DNA of 64,000 bases from Mobula hypostoma (GCF_963921235.1 NC_086097.1:199270001-199334000); one strand, 5' to 3'; counted from the stretch's first letter, positions 48,575 to 62,363 are shown. Notes: generated by a model from the sequence alone, not told the origin. Numbers and translations are program-made.

Positions 48575-49647
48575 TGTATCCTGTAATGTTGAAGAATTGA
48601 AATATGAATTTATTGTGATGCTGAGAAAAATTGCATTTGTTTCTAATTGAAAAATATATTAGCAACCTGTCTGAAGATTTGGTTTGAATACCTTGATATT
48701 AGTGCCTGCGGGTTAGGTTCCAGCAGATGCCTCAAATCAGTCAATGTCTTTCTGGCAATATTCCCAGATCTTTGAGCTTAGATCTATGTATGTGGGAAGA
48801 CATGACTAGTCCAATGTTGATGTCAGCAAACCCAATTTGCATCCATCCAGTCACCTTTTGTGAAACAACACACACTTTTTTAAATCCAGGAAACTCCTGC
48901 CTTTATATATTAGCATGAATACCTCAACATATATTGTACTCATTCAGTGGTGTTAAATATGCTCAGAAATTAATTGCCAGTGAATGTTGTTCTCTCTGAT
49001 TCTTTTACTTTCACAAATGGATAAAGCATGTCCACTACCTACCACACAAAATTACAGCAAGCTCTATATCAAATCTTGAAGATTTGAAACATCAGGTTTG
49101 TGATTGTAAGTATGATATATACAATATTTAATGAGAATAGTTAGCTCCTTATCAACATGCTTCAGGCAACAGTGATTCATTAAGTATGACATGACTATGT
49201 TTCTGATTTAATTCACGTATCTTGACCCATTGTTTGGCCTTGGGGTAATTTAATGAATTAAATATATTCCAACAATTTCGCCTCTTTCTGGATTGCCATT
49301 TTAGCTATCATCTTTTTTTCCAGTTAGGTGAGGAAATGACAAAAATATAATTGGTTTAAAAATTACTATCAAGAACGATTATCTGTAGTGTGAAACTATT
49401 TAAATTACCTGTTCCAAAATTGTTTATACGGAAAACTGTTGCTTCAGCATTATAAGACTAGATTAAGTTAAAGTGGAATGAGAGAGAATTTATGTACAGA
49501 CAACAGATGGCATTGTGAAACAGGCAGCCACACTCTTCTTTCTCTGTTCTATTTTCATTGCTGCTTTAATCTTATCAGATCAGCAGTGGTATTTCAGCAT
49601 CAGAGTTAAAAAAAAATTCTTCAATCCTCTTATTTATCAACAAACAT

Positions 49648-51287
49648 TATAAGACCAAAAGATATAGGAACAGAATTAGCCGATTTGTCCCATTGAGTTT
49701 CTTCTGCCATGTAATCATGTCTGATCCATTTTTCCTCTCAGCTCCAATCTCCTGCCTTCTCCCAATAGCACTTCCTGTGCTAACCTATCAAGAATCTATC
49801 AACCTCTGCCTTACATAAAGACTTGGCTTCCACGGCCACCTGTGGCAATGAATTCCAGATTCACCACTCTCTGGCTAAAGAAATTCCACCTTATCTCCAC
49901 TCTAAAAGGAAGACCCTCTGATCTGAGGTTCTAGACTACCCTACCATAGGAAACATCCTTTCCACATCCACTCTGTTAAGACCTTTCAACATGTGATAGG
50001 TTTCAATTAGACCACTTCTTATTCTTCTGAATTCTGGTGAATACAGGCCCAGAGCCACCAAATGCTCTTCATATGACAAGCTCTTCAATTCTGGAATCAT
50101 TTTTGTGAACCCCCTTTGAACCCTCCCAGATTCAGCACATCCTTTCTAAGATATGGTGTCCAAAACTGCTCACAATACTCCAGGTGAGGCCTCGCCAGTG
50201 ACTTACAAAGTCTCAACATTACATTCTTGCTTTTATTCTGGTCTTCTTGAAATGAATGCTAACATCATATCAGCCTTCCTCACACCAACTCAACCTGCAA
50301 ATTATCCTTTAGAGAATCCTGCAAAAGGACTCTCAAGTCCCTTTGTACCTCAGATTTTTAAATTTTCTCTCCATTTGGAAAATAGTCTATCCTTTTATTC
50401 CTTCTACCAAAGCACATGATCATGCTTTTCCTGACATTGTATTCTGTAGGTGTTGCCTGGCCTGCTGAGTTCCTCCAGCATTTTGTGTGTGTTGCTTAGA
50501 TTTCCAGCATGTGCAGATATTCTCTTGTTTGTGACTATACTCCATCTGCAACTTCTTTGCTGAGTCTCCTAATCTGTTTAAATCCTTCTGTAGCCTCTCT
50601 ATTTTCCCAAAACTACCTGCCCCTCTACCTATTTTCATACCATCCGCAAACTTTACAACAAAGCCATCAATTCCGTCATCCAAGTCATTGACATATGACG
50701 TAAAAAGTGGTGCCAATGCAGATCCTTATGGAACACCACTAGCTACCTGCAGCCAACCAGAAAAGGCTCCCTTTATTCCCGCTCTTTGCCTCCTGCCAAT
50801 CAGCCACTACTTTATTCATGCTAGTATCTTGTAATACAAAGGACTCTTAAGCAGCCTCATGTCTGCCACTATTGTCAACAGCCTTCTGAAGATTCGAGTA
50901 CACAACAACAACCAATTCTCCTTTATCTATTCTGCTTGTTCTTTCTTTGAAGAGTTCCAACAGATTTGTCAAGCAAGATTTTCCCTGAGGAAACTATACT
51001 GACTATGGCCTATTTTATCACGTGCCTCCAAGTACCCTGAGATCTCATTCTTAGCAATCGACTCCAACATTTTCCCAAACACTGAGGTCAGACCAAACTG
51101 GCCTATATTTCTTTTCTTCTGCCTCTTCCTCTTCTTGAAGAATGGAGTGACATTTGCAATTTTCCAGTCTTCCAGAACCATTCCAGAATCTAGTGATATT
51201 TGAAAGATCATTAATAATACCTCTACGATCTCTTCAGGCACCTCTTTCAGAACCTTGGGGTGTACACCATTTGGTCTGGGTGACTTA
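49648..51287 (-). mobile_element. CR1 LINE RT and 3' end
   Basis: ORFs 50969..51241 (LEDWKIANVTPFFKK) and 50420..50716 (YVNDLDDGIDGFVVKFADG). Confidence 0.9.
50445..50534 (+). mobile_element. Penelope-like terminal fragment inserted in CR1
   Basis: gcctggcctgctgagttcctccagcattttgtgtgtgttgc..ctcttgtttgtga; diverged TSD attgtattc/actatactc. Confidence 0.8.
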
Positions 51288-51714
51288 TTATGAGAGAAAG
51301 CACCTCACCATCATTTATTTTCTTTTGTTTTAAGCTACCATTTAAAACACCAGAGCTTGCAAAGTGTGTCCTTTAAAATAACTGTTTTTCCGGACATTTT
51401 TATTGAGGTCAGTGATGATTCACTGCCACATTGTCTCTGTCAATCTGTTAGCATAACAGCTGTTTATATGTGGGACTAAACATAACAGTAATATTTCATG
51501 TAGGTGCTGCTGTAACATTTCAACTACAATATAATAAAAAATATAGTTGAAGAGTTAAAATTAACTGAACAGGAAAGCATCAGGTTGCAAGAATATGGAG
51601 AAGAAAATTTTAATAATTCATAGCTAAGTGATGTTACATTATGGTTCTGAATGCCTGTAGGTTCGAAAAGGGAAAAACGAAGACTTGGAAAATAAAAGGG
51701 GTAATTTAGAGTAC

Positions 51715-51910
51715 CACACAAAATGTCGGGAAAACTCAGCCGTCAGACAGCATCTATGGAAAGGAATAAATAGTCAATGCTTCGGGCTGAGACCCTCCAT
51801 CAGGATCTGTCCCGAAATGTTGATTGTTTATTTCCTTCTGTAGATGGTTCCTGACCTGTTGAGTTCCTCCAGTGTTTTGTGTGTGTTGCTCAAAATCTGC
51901 TGTCTCTTGT
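51715..51910. mobile_element. Older palindromic Penelope mini-element
   Basis: Left arm cacacaaaatg..ttcgggctgagaccctccatcagga is inverted to right arm cccgaaatgttgattg..ttttgtgtgtgttgc..ctcttgt. Confidence 0.8.
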
Positions 51911-54900
51911 AGCAAAGATGTTTTTGAATTTAACTAGGTCATTTAGCTTAGTTATGGAATGGCAGCTGCTGCATACCTAACAAAGGGGGAGATAACAAAT
52001 CAGTATATGAAAAATCAGAGCTCTTTAGATGAGAAATGGTTAAAACATCCTTTACAAAGGGATTGAAGTGTATGTACTAAAGTATGGTAAGAGGTGTTGG
52101 ATCTCAGGCTATGAGGGTCATTTAGGAGACTGTGTAATCAGCAGCAACTCTGCACCCCTCACGGTGCATTATAACAAATGATTTTCAATGTGGGATTAAG
52201 TCTTGACAGGCATGCAATGAATTATTTCCAGGTGTTGTGCATGATGGCTTCAGACCAGGGCATTTGTTCTTCTGATCATGACTAATTGCTTCTAAAGAAA
52301 AAACTGATATGATGCGCCCCAGGCTTTGTGCGCATTTTTCGTTCATTTGTGCATCACATCTAACATTTTATCTCTATAAGGTGGAACATGACACATCCAG
52401 GAATCAGAGGATTCATCTAAAAAGTTTATTTTCACTTTTGAAGAACTGCCCAGCAGGGGGCACCCACTGGGTGAAGAGGCGTCTGTCTTATTTAGACAAT
52501 GGTTTCATATTAATTTGGCAGGTGAATTTATAGGTGCCAAACAAGCCTATGAAGAGAGTGCATCACATCTCAGTTTGGCTGCAATCAAACCTGTTGCCAG
52601 TAACACTTAAAATAATGCTGTCCAGAGAACATATTAATAATGACAACTGTGTAGTATACTGTATAATCTGTGTAATTAAAAATATTGATTTTAGTACTTA
52701 AATGTCTATCTTAGCTACATCCAGTTTAACAAATTGTTTTCAAAAGCTATGCTTTTACAAACTGACTTTCAATATCTGTGGATATTCCAAACAGCTTTAA
52801 AACAAATTAAATGCTAAGTGCAGTTGTAGTTAAATGAATATCAAGACACAAACGACAAAAACCAAGGGTTCACAAGTAAGAAATCAGTAAATTTGTTATC
52901 CAATTACTGATTTTCTAATTTATTTTAGATATTTATTACAATATTAGTAAATTGAGAAAAAAAATCATATTTAATCTAGTTCTTAAAAGGTAAAAACTGC
53001 AGGTGATAGAAATCTAAAACTGCTGGGTATATTCAGCTGCTTAGGCAGAATCTATGAATGTTCTCAGTTATGTATCCACATTGGCCCCCTAATCTGAAAC
53101 TATTTTGCCTTTCTAAAATAACTTTTGGTTTCATTGTAGCAATTTACAATTTCTCTAATGATTTTTCTTCGTAATTTAATTATCAGCATTTTTGTAGGAG
53201 CGCATTTTAATTACCTTTGCTCATATTCATAAATTGATAAGCTAATACATGCTTACACAATCCTAATGAAGACTACGAAGTATTTACATCCTTCCCAGAA
53301 CTCCTTTCTTGAATCCTTCTGATTGGTTTCTGCAATGACTTTATATCAAAAAAACAGACATAGCAATGTAACTGAGTTAATTCTATGAATGTGTGTGCTC
53401 TTTGTCAATTTTATCACTGTCTTTATCATGTCCTTCCTCTTCTTCCTTCAGTGTCCCCTCTTATACACACACACACTCTTACTTCCTCTATCCCAACCCT
53501 AAATCCCTCTAACAACTGTTATTCGATTTCCATTACCAATCACAGAAGACATGGTTCCAGTAAGGCAATATTGAAAAACTTATATCGCAGAACCCTCCAC
53601 TTCCTCCATTTAGACCAAGGTAGTACAGAATAGAAGGGAGAGTTACCCTCATATTTGGCACCTTACACACATGCAAATCTGCTCCCTACAGCAGATGGGC
53701 AGAGGGTCATTGAGCCCCAAACCACATCCACAGCAATCCTATCCACAGTCTTCCATGTGTGCTTACTCCCAATGTTTCATCATTATTATGCTATTAACAG
53801 ACAACATGATCACCCCTAACGTGTGGCTTATAAGGAGCACTGCCACAGCCTACAAAAGGTCCTTTGTCTTTGTAAGATGATGGCATAGTCCATACATTTC
53901 TCCTGCCCCAAAACCGAGGGCAAGGGGGAGTAGGAGCAACTAGAAGAGATACTGGAGGGAGAGGAGAAGGAGGAGAGGCAGGATGGGATACTGCAGGAGG
54001 TGGAGGAAAATGAGGAGTAGGATGGCATGGTCACTGGAGGGAGAAGAGACGGGCCATGTTGACAAGGATAAAATTAATGAATTGTAGTTAATCGCACCAG
54101 CCTCGAGACTGGCACCATATGGCATGAGAGATGAGGCTGTAGGGATGTATACCATGGGACTGCAGCTGGGCACTACGCACAGAGAGTACAGTGCTGGGCT
54201 TCATCAGAGGGGTGGCTCAGGCATCTTTTCTGCTCCAAAGTACTCAGATTAACCACAAATTTAATGACATGTCAGCCAGAGGTTCACAGTGAGACGGTGA
54301 GTGTGTTGTCAGGCCTGTCTGGTCAATAGCACAAAGTTTCAAGACGTGTGGAAGAGTCTTCTCAGGAGCTTCTGCGAAGGAGCCCAGGGCATTCCTTCTG
54401 GAGACCACACTCAATTCACTGCTGGAAGTCTGTCGTGATTCCATCGTACAGAACAGATAGAGATGACACTGAATTTCAATGCTTCTTTGTAGTCTCATGC
54501 AGATCCAGCTGGAGGTTTGATCTCTGCCGAACCGGAGTAACCTGAAGCTCTAAAGGAATAGTGATATGACACTGAGAGAAGCCAGATGACTTGTAGACCA
54601 ACAGACACAGGGATGTTGCTCACAATCAGCTCAAGTAGAGTTGAGGGACTCTCCATGTGAACACAGCACTGTTCTTCTGTGTGAGCTGACAGAACTCACA
54701 TGTCAGCAGATTGTTCTCCCACAGGAGCAGTGATAGTGGAGGACATTGGGGACTGTCATCCATCAAACTTTAGTTCTGGAAGTGAAATCAATGAGAGGGA
54801 GGACTTTATATTAGCAGATCATTGGACTATTGTTCGGCCAGTCCATTTGGATATTGGCTGAAGTGTAGGATCTCCCAGCTTCATGGGGACACCGAGTAAC

Positions 54901-55903
54901 CTCCCACTATACCATCTCAAGCAGCCAGGTCACCAGTGCCCCATAGTCAGCTGTCACTGGCTGCTTCTTCTATTTGGCTGGGGCACTGGCCTGAGAATGG
55001 CCATCTTGGGCCAGAGCAAAATGCACAAAATGCTGATTGTTCTGCATTTTCTGTGAGTTGCTCTGGATTTCTAGTATTTGCAGAATCTCTTTTGTTTATG
55101 ATCTAGGGCGCGAACTGCTTGTGAGTCATCAAAGATACCTTTGTCAGAAAGGCCACCAGCAGTCAAAGTGCAAGCACACAGGGACTCTGCAATATATTCT
55201 AACACAAAAATAAGGCTGTTGCTACAGAACATATATTAATGCATTTAAGCTTACTAAGATATAATTTTTATTGACATACCATTTGAGTTGCCTCTGCTAT
55301 AAAGTATTCACAAGATAATCATGCTATCGAAAGATCAGTAACTACTAATAGTGCTGAAATTCTTACATGAACATAGCTGCAGAGCTGCCATTCCTCACCC
55401 GAAAAGGTTGTTAATGGAGTACTGCCAGGAGAGTGTGAACAGTGATACCCATCAAGTGAGTATCTCTGTTAGTTTACCACAGTCTGTGGATGGTGCTTGA
55501 GCATGTTACTGTCAGGAACTGCAAAGTCAGGTCTCCCAACGTCAACAGAGTATTCCTTTAAATAGAAATCAAACAAGACCTCACAATATACTCCTGGTTT
55601 TTGTAGTGACTGTTCAGACAAATAAGAACAGAAGAAGCTAGGAACTGGAGTGGACTACTTGAGCCCTCAGGGTTGTTCCACCATTCAAAGTGATTATGGC
55701 TGATCTTCCTCAACCTCAAATCCACTTCTGTGGTAAATATTTATAGCCCTCAGGTGCCAATCTTTCAAAAATGTGTCTGTCTCCTCTTAGAAGCCTTCAG
55801 TGATCTATCCTCTACAGAGTTCCTTCATACCTCAGTTTTAAAAGACTGCCCCTTTATCTTGTAACTATGTCCCCTCATTTAAGACTCTCAACATCTATCT
55901 AAG

Positions 55904-56621
55904 TGTAAGGGGTTTCTTCTTTTATGTTACTCTTGAGGCTAATCAAAATTGCTTCTTTGTTATGTTAGAATAAAATGGCTTCTTTATTATGTTAACTGCT
56001 GAGAAAGTTCTCTAGCAGCTTGTTTGGGTTATAGTACTGATAATGAGAATTGTACTCATTTGCTAACCAATTGGGATAGATGTTATTCTTTCTTGTGTGT
56101 CTGTAAGCTATTGTTTTTCGCAGGCTTTGAGGCAGAAGGTGGATGAGGGCAGAGAGAGGAGATGCGATGCTGTAAGCTGGGCGGCGGAATGGACCCCGAG
56201 CGGGAGTTTGAGGCCCAGGGTCTTTAGCAAGGAGAGGGGACGAAGACAGACTCATGTGGAGCGTCTGGTCGACCACTGTGGTTGGTCCTAGGCAGCGGGT
56301 GGAGGAGGTCGGAGGGGATGGAATAGTGGAAAGAAGGCTCCATTAATTGAGCTCCAACTGTTGTGCACGAAGTGGTTGAACTTTGATAAGTTTGGCGCCT
56401 TTTACTTTCCTTTTATATTTTATCTATTAATTATATAGTTCTAGTAAGATCTATAAAATGTAATCATTTAAGCGCATATGGTGTATTGTCTGTTATTTGG
56501 TGGGGTGGGGTACATCACACAGCATCCACACAAACTTGATTACCCAGTCTGGCAGGTCCGAGGGCTGCTCGCCCTAGACGAAAGTGAACTGAGTGAGCCT
56601 GAGGCTTACCAGGGGGTTACA
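55904..56621 (+). mobile_element. Probable solo LTR
   Basis: TGTAAG...GTTACA termini, CpG-rich core, flanks taag/gaag (3 of 4 match). Confidence 0.65.
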
Positions 56622-57394
56622 GAAGCAAAGTATTTGAACAATTTTAAAGATAGTAGCAGAAAAGTTTCTTGATAAGCAAAGGAACAAAGCTAAAAGAAAT
56701 ATGGAGTTGATGTTACAGCCAGATTGGTCATGATCTTGTAGAATGTTCGAGAGTGCTCAAGGTTCCAGGAGGCTTCTCTGAATCATAGTTAATATGTTCA
56801 TATGTACACATATTTTTACTGTACTAGACACCTTTTCATGTTGTGATATATTCATTTTTCCTGAAAGCAAATCACAAAACAATTTTACCCTTGGTCACAC
56901 ATTGGGAAACTGAAAGGTGGGCAATTAAAATTACTCAAGGTAACCACCCACCTTGGAGCAGTCAAGAGCTCATTATCACTAATAAATTCATCTGTATCCA
57001 ACCGCAATTTTCAGTGCAGCATATCACTCAGTGGGCTTTCCTGTCAAATCGACACATTGCCATAGGCATTTGTAGCTAAAACACGACTCAAAGGAAATGC
57101 CTTTTATTTTTTTAATGTTTCCATTTGGCTATAAGAAGCAGAAGTGTTCAGCTGCCTTCAACTCAACTGCCCCCCCCCCCGCCCACCCCTGGAAAGATCA
57201 AACACTGCCTGTGTAAATGTCAGGATTTCCAAGGAATTGTCATTTATATCAGTTCTAACATTTTGCTAACATCGGGTATTCTCTGAGTCACAGAGTCATA
57301 GAGCACTACAGTACAGAAACAGGCCACTCTGGGACCATTCTCCTCCAGACCCTTCCCAGAAATGCTTGTTAGAGCGGTACTCAGTATTTAGAAT

Positions 57395-58058
57395 TTATTG
57401 AAATCGTACCTTCATCTCACAATGCGAGGGAGTAAGAATCCATTGCAATGTACAGACATGTGAATTTAAAAGTCTAATGGCTTGAAGAAAGCAGCTGTCC
57501 CATAGCCTGTTGGTCCTGGCTTTAATGCTGTGGTAGCATTTGCCAGACAGAAGCAGCTGAAACAGTTTATGATTGGGGTGACTGGTGTCCCCGATGATCT
57601 TCCAGGCCTTCTTTCTGCACCTGCTGCTCTAAATATCCTCAATGGAGGCAAGTTCACATTCACAGATGCGCTGGGCTGTCCGTACCACTCTCTGCGGTGC
57701 CCAGCGATCAAGGTTGCAGCAGTACCTCTACCAGGCAGTGTTACAGCCAGTCAGGGTGCTCTCAGTGGTGCCTCTGCAGAAGGTCTTGAGGATTTGGGGG
57801 CCCATGCCGAACTTCTTCTGTCGCCTGAGGTGGAAGACATGCTTTTGTGCTTTTGTTGCCCCACAGCCAATGTGTACAGTCCAGGTGAGACCATCGGTGA
57901 TGTGTAAACTGGGGAACTTGAAACTACTCACCCGCTGAACTGCAGACCCGTTGATGATGATCAGGCCGAGCCTGTCTCTGTTCCACCTATAATCCACAAT
58001 CAGCTCTTCCAATTTTTGGACATTGAGGGGAGAGGTTGTTATCCTGGCACCACTGTGT
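57395..58058 (-). mobile_element. Rex1/Babar-type LINE 3' fragment
   Basis: ORF 57728..58012 (EELIVDYR..VSSFKF..LTW..ESTLTGCNTAW). Confidence 0.85.
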
Positions 58059-58975
58059 CACAATAGTGGACAATGTTATCCTTTAGAAAGTATACTAATA
58101 AATCAATTTCTAAAAACTAGAAACAATTAAGTAGTTCAAACACCATTGTCTCAAGAGGGTTGAGGAAAACCGGGGCGGGGGGCGGGGGGGGGCAGTGGGG
58201 AAAGCTTTGTTAAAGTCATACAGGGCCCTGCTTACAGCTTTGACTTTCTGGCAATTTTACCACAGGCAGAATGCTTTGGTCTTGAAGGAATATGCACTAA
58301 CTCACACAAAGAATGCTTGGGATAAAAAGATAACGTTATGGGGACTGGTGTCGTGGACAAAACTCGAAGTTCACAGTAGATTCTTTATCAAAGTACATAT
58401 GCAGTATACAACCGCAGGCAGCCTCAAAACAAAGAAACTATATGGAACCCTTACAAAGAAATCATGACACCCAGCACGCAAAAAATAACAGATTGTGCAA
58501 ATGGCAAAAAAACGACCAAATAATATACAGAACATTAAATATCAAACCACAGAGTTCATGAAATATTCGGTATGTCCAGTGTAGTTCATAGAGTCAAAGA
58601 AAAGAACAGCACTGAGACTGACCCTTTAACCCATCTAGTCCATGCCAAACCATTTAAACTGCCTATTCCCATCGACCTGAACCCGGATCATAGCCTTCCA
58701 TAACCCTACTATCCAGGTACCTATCCAAACTTCTCTTAAATGTTGAAATCAAGCCTGCATGCACCACTTGTGATGGCAGTTCATTCCACACTCTCATGAC
58801 CCTCTGAGTGAAGATGGTTCTACTCATGTTCCCCTTAAACTTTTCACCTTTCACCCTTAACCCATGACCTCTAGTTGTAGTCATCCACAACCTCAAGTGG
58901 AAAAAGCCTGCTTGCATTTATCCTATCTATACCCCTCATAATTTTGTACACCTCTATCAAATCTCTCCTCAATCT

Positions 58976-59078
58976 CAAAAAAGAGAAAATCTGCAGCACT
59001 CACAAAATTATGGAGGAACTCAGCAGGCCAGGCAGCATCTGTGGAGAAAAACTATAGTCGACATTTTGGGCTGAGACC
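58976..59078 (-). mobile_element. Penelope-like solo terminal unit
   Basis: ggaggaactcagcaggccaggcagcatct..gtcgacattttgggctgagacc; 9-bp TSD cctcaatct at 58967-58975 and 59079-59087. Confidence 0.85.
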
Positions 59079-59117
59079 CCTCAATCTTTTATGTTCCAAG
59101 GGATAACATCCTAAAAT

Positions 59118-60061
59118 TGTCATGGTTCGGTCCGTGAAGTCCGCATTCTGGTTCACGGTCCGGTCCGTGGACTTAGGACTCTGGGTCTTCCAGCTGTCTC
59201 TCATTTGGTTGAGTTAATCATAGGCACCAGATTCCCATCTTTGGGCTTGCAATACAAGTAGCCTTGGGGTTGAGTGTGGGCTGTTGGTTTGTCCTGTCAA
59301 TCCCCCTTGGAGCAACCTGCTGATGGAAGGCTAGTGAAACCATTTGTGATCTCTAGGCCTGGTTGGAGGACCACTGCTTCATGGAGCCTTGTTGCCACTT
59401 GTTGGAACAGTCATCGTGGTAGGGATTTGGCTGTTTCTGTAGCCAGCCAAGATTGCTGGCTGCCCTGAGTCTCAGAGCCACCCTGGATTGAGCTCCTTTC
59501 CTGTCCTTGTCTCTGTTGGGTAAGCTAGGCTGATTGCTGTTACCCTGTGGCTGGTTCTGTCCCTTCTTGTCCCTTGCCTCTGTCGAGTGAGCAGGCTGAT
59601 TGCTGTTATAATGCTGTTGGGTCTGTCCCTCCCTGTCCTCGCCTCTGTGGGGTGGAGTTCTGTGCCCTGCCCAGTAGAAGCTCCAAGAACCCAAGCCTCG
59701 AGGATCCCAAGCCAAGCTCCAAGAACCCAAGCCTGAAGTCCCCAGCCTCCAAGCTCAGGCCTCTAGATCCCAGCCACATTCTGTCCTGAAGCCATGTCAT
59801 GTCCTTGCCTGGTTCTGGGGTCTGAGCCCGAGGCAAGACCCAGGTTCTGGGTCCTTGTCCAGTTTCAGGTTCGGAGTCGAAGCCTTGTCTCCTAGTCCAT
59901 GGATTCTAGTCCTGGTCCCGCTTTCCCTAGCCCAAGTCTGTGTTCTTGTCCCTGCTCCTGGTCTGAATCCTGTCACATCCCTACTCTAGTCAAGTCCTGT
60001 TCCTTGTACTTCAGTGTCTGTGTCTTGCATTTGGGTCTGTTACCAGCACCCCATTGTGACA
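59118..60061 (+). mobile_element. Solo LTR
   Basis: TGTCA...TGACA termini; 5-bp TSD aaaat at 59113-59117 and 60062-60066; internal short tandem repeats; removing it restores the CR1. Confidence 0.85.
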
Positions 60062-61534
60062 AAAATATTTAATCTTTACCAAAACTCAGGTCCTCCAGTC
60101 CCAGCAATATCCTTGTAAATATTCTATGTACTCTTTCAACCTTATTTACATCTTTCCTGTGGGCTGACAATCAAAACTATACACAATACTCCAAATTGGC
60201 TCTCACCAATGTTTTATACAACTTCAACATAACACCCATCTCCAGTACTCAATACTTTGACTCTTGAAGGCCAATGTGCCAAACGATTTCTTTGTGACCC
60301 TATTTACCTGTCCTGACACTTTTAATGAATTATGGACCTGTTTTTCAAGATCCCTTTGTTCTACCACACTCCTCAGTGCCCTAACATTCACTGTGTAGGA
60401 CCTACCCTGCTTGGTCCTATCAAAGTGCAAAACTTCACACTTGTCTGCATTAAATTCCTTCTGCCATTTCTCATCCCATTTTTCCAGCTGGTCCAGATCC
60501 CATAGCAACACATGATAGCCTTCCTCACTGTCAACTACATCCCTAAGCTTGGTGTCATCCAAAATTTGCTGGTACAGCTAACCACATTATCATCCAGATG
60601 ATCAATACAGATAACAAACAATAATGGACCCAGCACCGATCCCTGTGGCACTCCATTAGTCACCAGCCTCCAATCAGAGAGGCAATCATCTACTACCCCT
60701 CTCTGGCTTCAACTACAAAACCAACATCTAATCTAAATTACTACCTCATCTTGAATGCCAAGCAACTGGACCTTCTTAGTCAACCTCCAATGTGGGACCT
60801 TGTCAAATACCTTGCTAAAGTCAATGTAGACAATATACACTGCTTTGCCTTCATCAATCTTCCTGGTAATGTCCTCAAAAAACTCTGTAAGATTAGCTAG
60901 ACACAGCCTACCATGCACAAGGTCATGCTGACTACCCTAATCAGTCCACATCTATCCAAATACTCATTTATCCAGTCCCTTAGAATATCTTCCATAACTT
61001 TCCCACTACTGATGTCAGGCTCACTACCCTATAATTTCCTGATTTTTTTTTTAAAGAGTCTTTCTTCAACAGCAGAACAAGATTCGCTACCCTCCAATTT
61101 TCTGATACCTTACCTGTTGCTAAGGATGATGTAAATATCTCTACTAGGGCCCCTGCAAGGTCAGAAGAAACACCTTGTCAGGCCTTGGGGATTTATCCAC
61201 CCTAATTTTCCTCAAGACAGCAAACACCTTTGTAACCTGTATAGGGTCCATTAACTTGCTGCTGCTTTGCTTCACTTCTGTAAACTCTAGCTCAGTCTAC
61301 CAAACAAATACAGATGAAAAATAAGCAATTTTAGATCTTCTCCATCTCTTTTGGTTTTGCACGTGGATTACCATTCTAAACTTCCAGAGGACCAATTTTA
61401 CCACTTAAAATCCTTTTGCTCTTAACACATCTGTAGAATCCCTTAAGATTCTCCTTTACCTTGTCTGTTAGGCTTATGCCACCTTTTAGCCCTCCTGATT
61501 TCTTTCTGAAGTTTTCTCTTGCATTTCTTATACA

Positions 61535-62363
61535 TGTTACGTACCCAGTAACTGGGTTACCAAACCAGCAGAAATGGACCACTTAGTTGGAGTCTGGATT
61601 ACTGGAACTAAGAAAGTTTTATTAAAGAAATAAGTAACACAATACTCTAATAGTAAGAATATAAGTGCAACAGGTTAGCAATGGTAAAACACACATGTAC
61701 ACAGAACTAGGATAACAGGAATCAATCAAGCTCTATCGCAGTCTAGGGGTAAAATGATCAGTCTCAAGTGACGCAGAGTTCAGTTCAGCTTAGTACAGTT
61801 CGCAGTAATTGCTGTTGTGCCGTTGGAGAGAGATAGAGCGAATATGCAAATTTCCTGATTCAGAACAGACCTTTGATGTTCCTCGCAGTTAGCTTTCGGA
61901 GCGAGCCCTTTTAATGTCTTCTGAGGTCACCGCCTGTGACCACTCCATTCCAGATACGTTCGTTCTTCCGCGGTGAACCCGGCACCCAGGCAAGGGCGGA
62001 CACATACACCAGGTTCCCGCCAATCGTACCTTTTCACCCTGTGCGTCTATGGTCGGTCCCGCGACCAGACCTCCAAAAACTCCCAGCAACTTGTGGGGGC
62101 ACACTGCACTTCCAGGGTCTCGTTATCTCGTGATCTCGTGGTGTCTATCTTGCCTTAGTGAACCTGTTCCTTTTATCCCCCTGCTGGGGTATCGCCTGTC
62201 CATCAAACTTCAAACAGTTCAGGTTCAAAGCAACCGGTCTATCAATACTCGGAACTGTGTCTCTTTCCATTAATCTCTCTCGTCTCTCATTAACATTTGG
62301 AATGTTCCTCTCTTTGTCTCTCTTATCAGCATCAATCTTCTGATAACTTGGTCTTTTGTCACA
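61535..62363 (-). repeat. 3' LTR of Gypsy element
   Basis: TGTTAC...GTCACA termini; minus-strand purine run (..atagggg) abuts it; homologous to 4310-5169. Confidence 0.88.

Larger units (their letters stand above)
58586..61534 (-). mobile_element. CR1 LINE ORF2 and 3' end, hosting a Penelope unit, a solo LTR and the Gypsy element
   Basis: ORFs 58663..58917, 60224..60562, 60733..60918 and part of 61376..61582. Confidence 0.9.

Noticed and set aside
53828..54034. Ser-rich ORF
   Set aside because: Low-complexity antisense reading of a GA-rich tract.
59274..59836. Several ORFs with repeated peptides
   Set aside because: They lie within a TSD-bounded solo LTR and reflect its internal tandem repeats.
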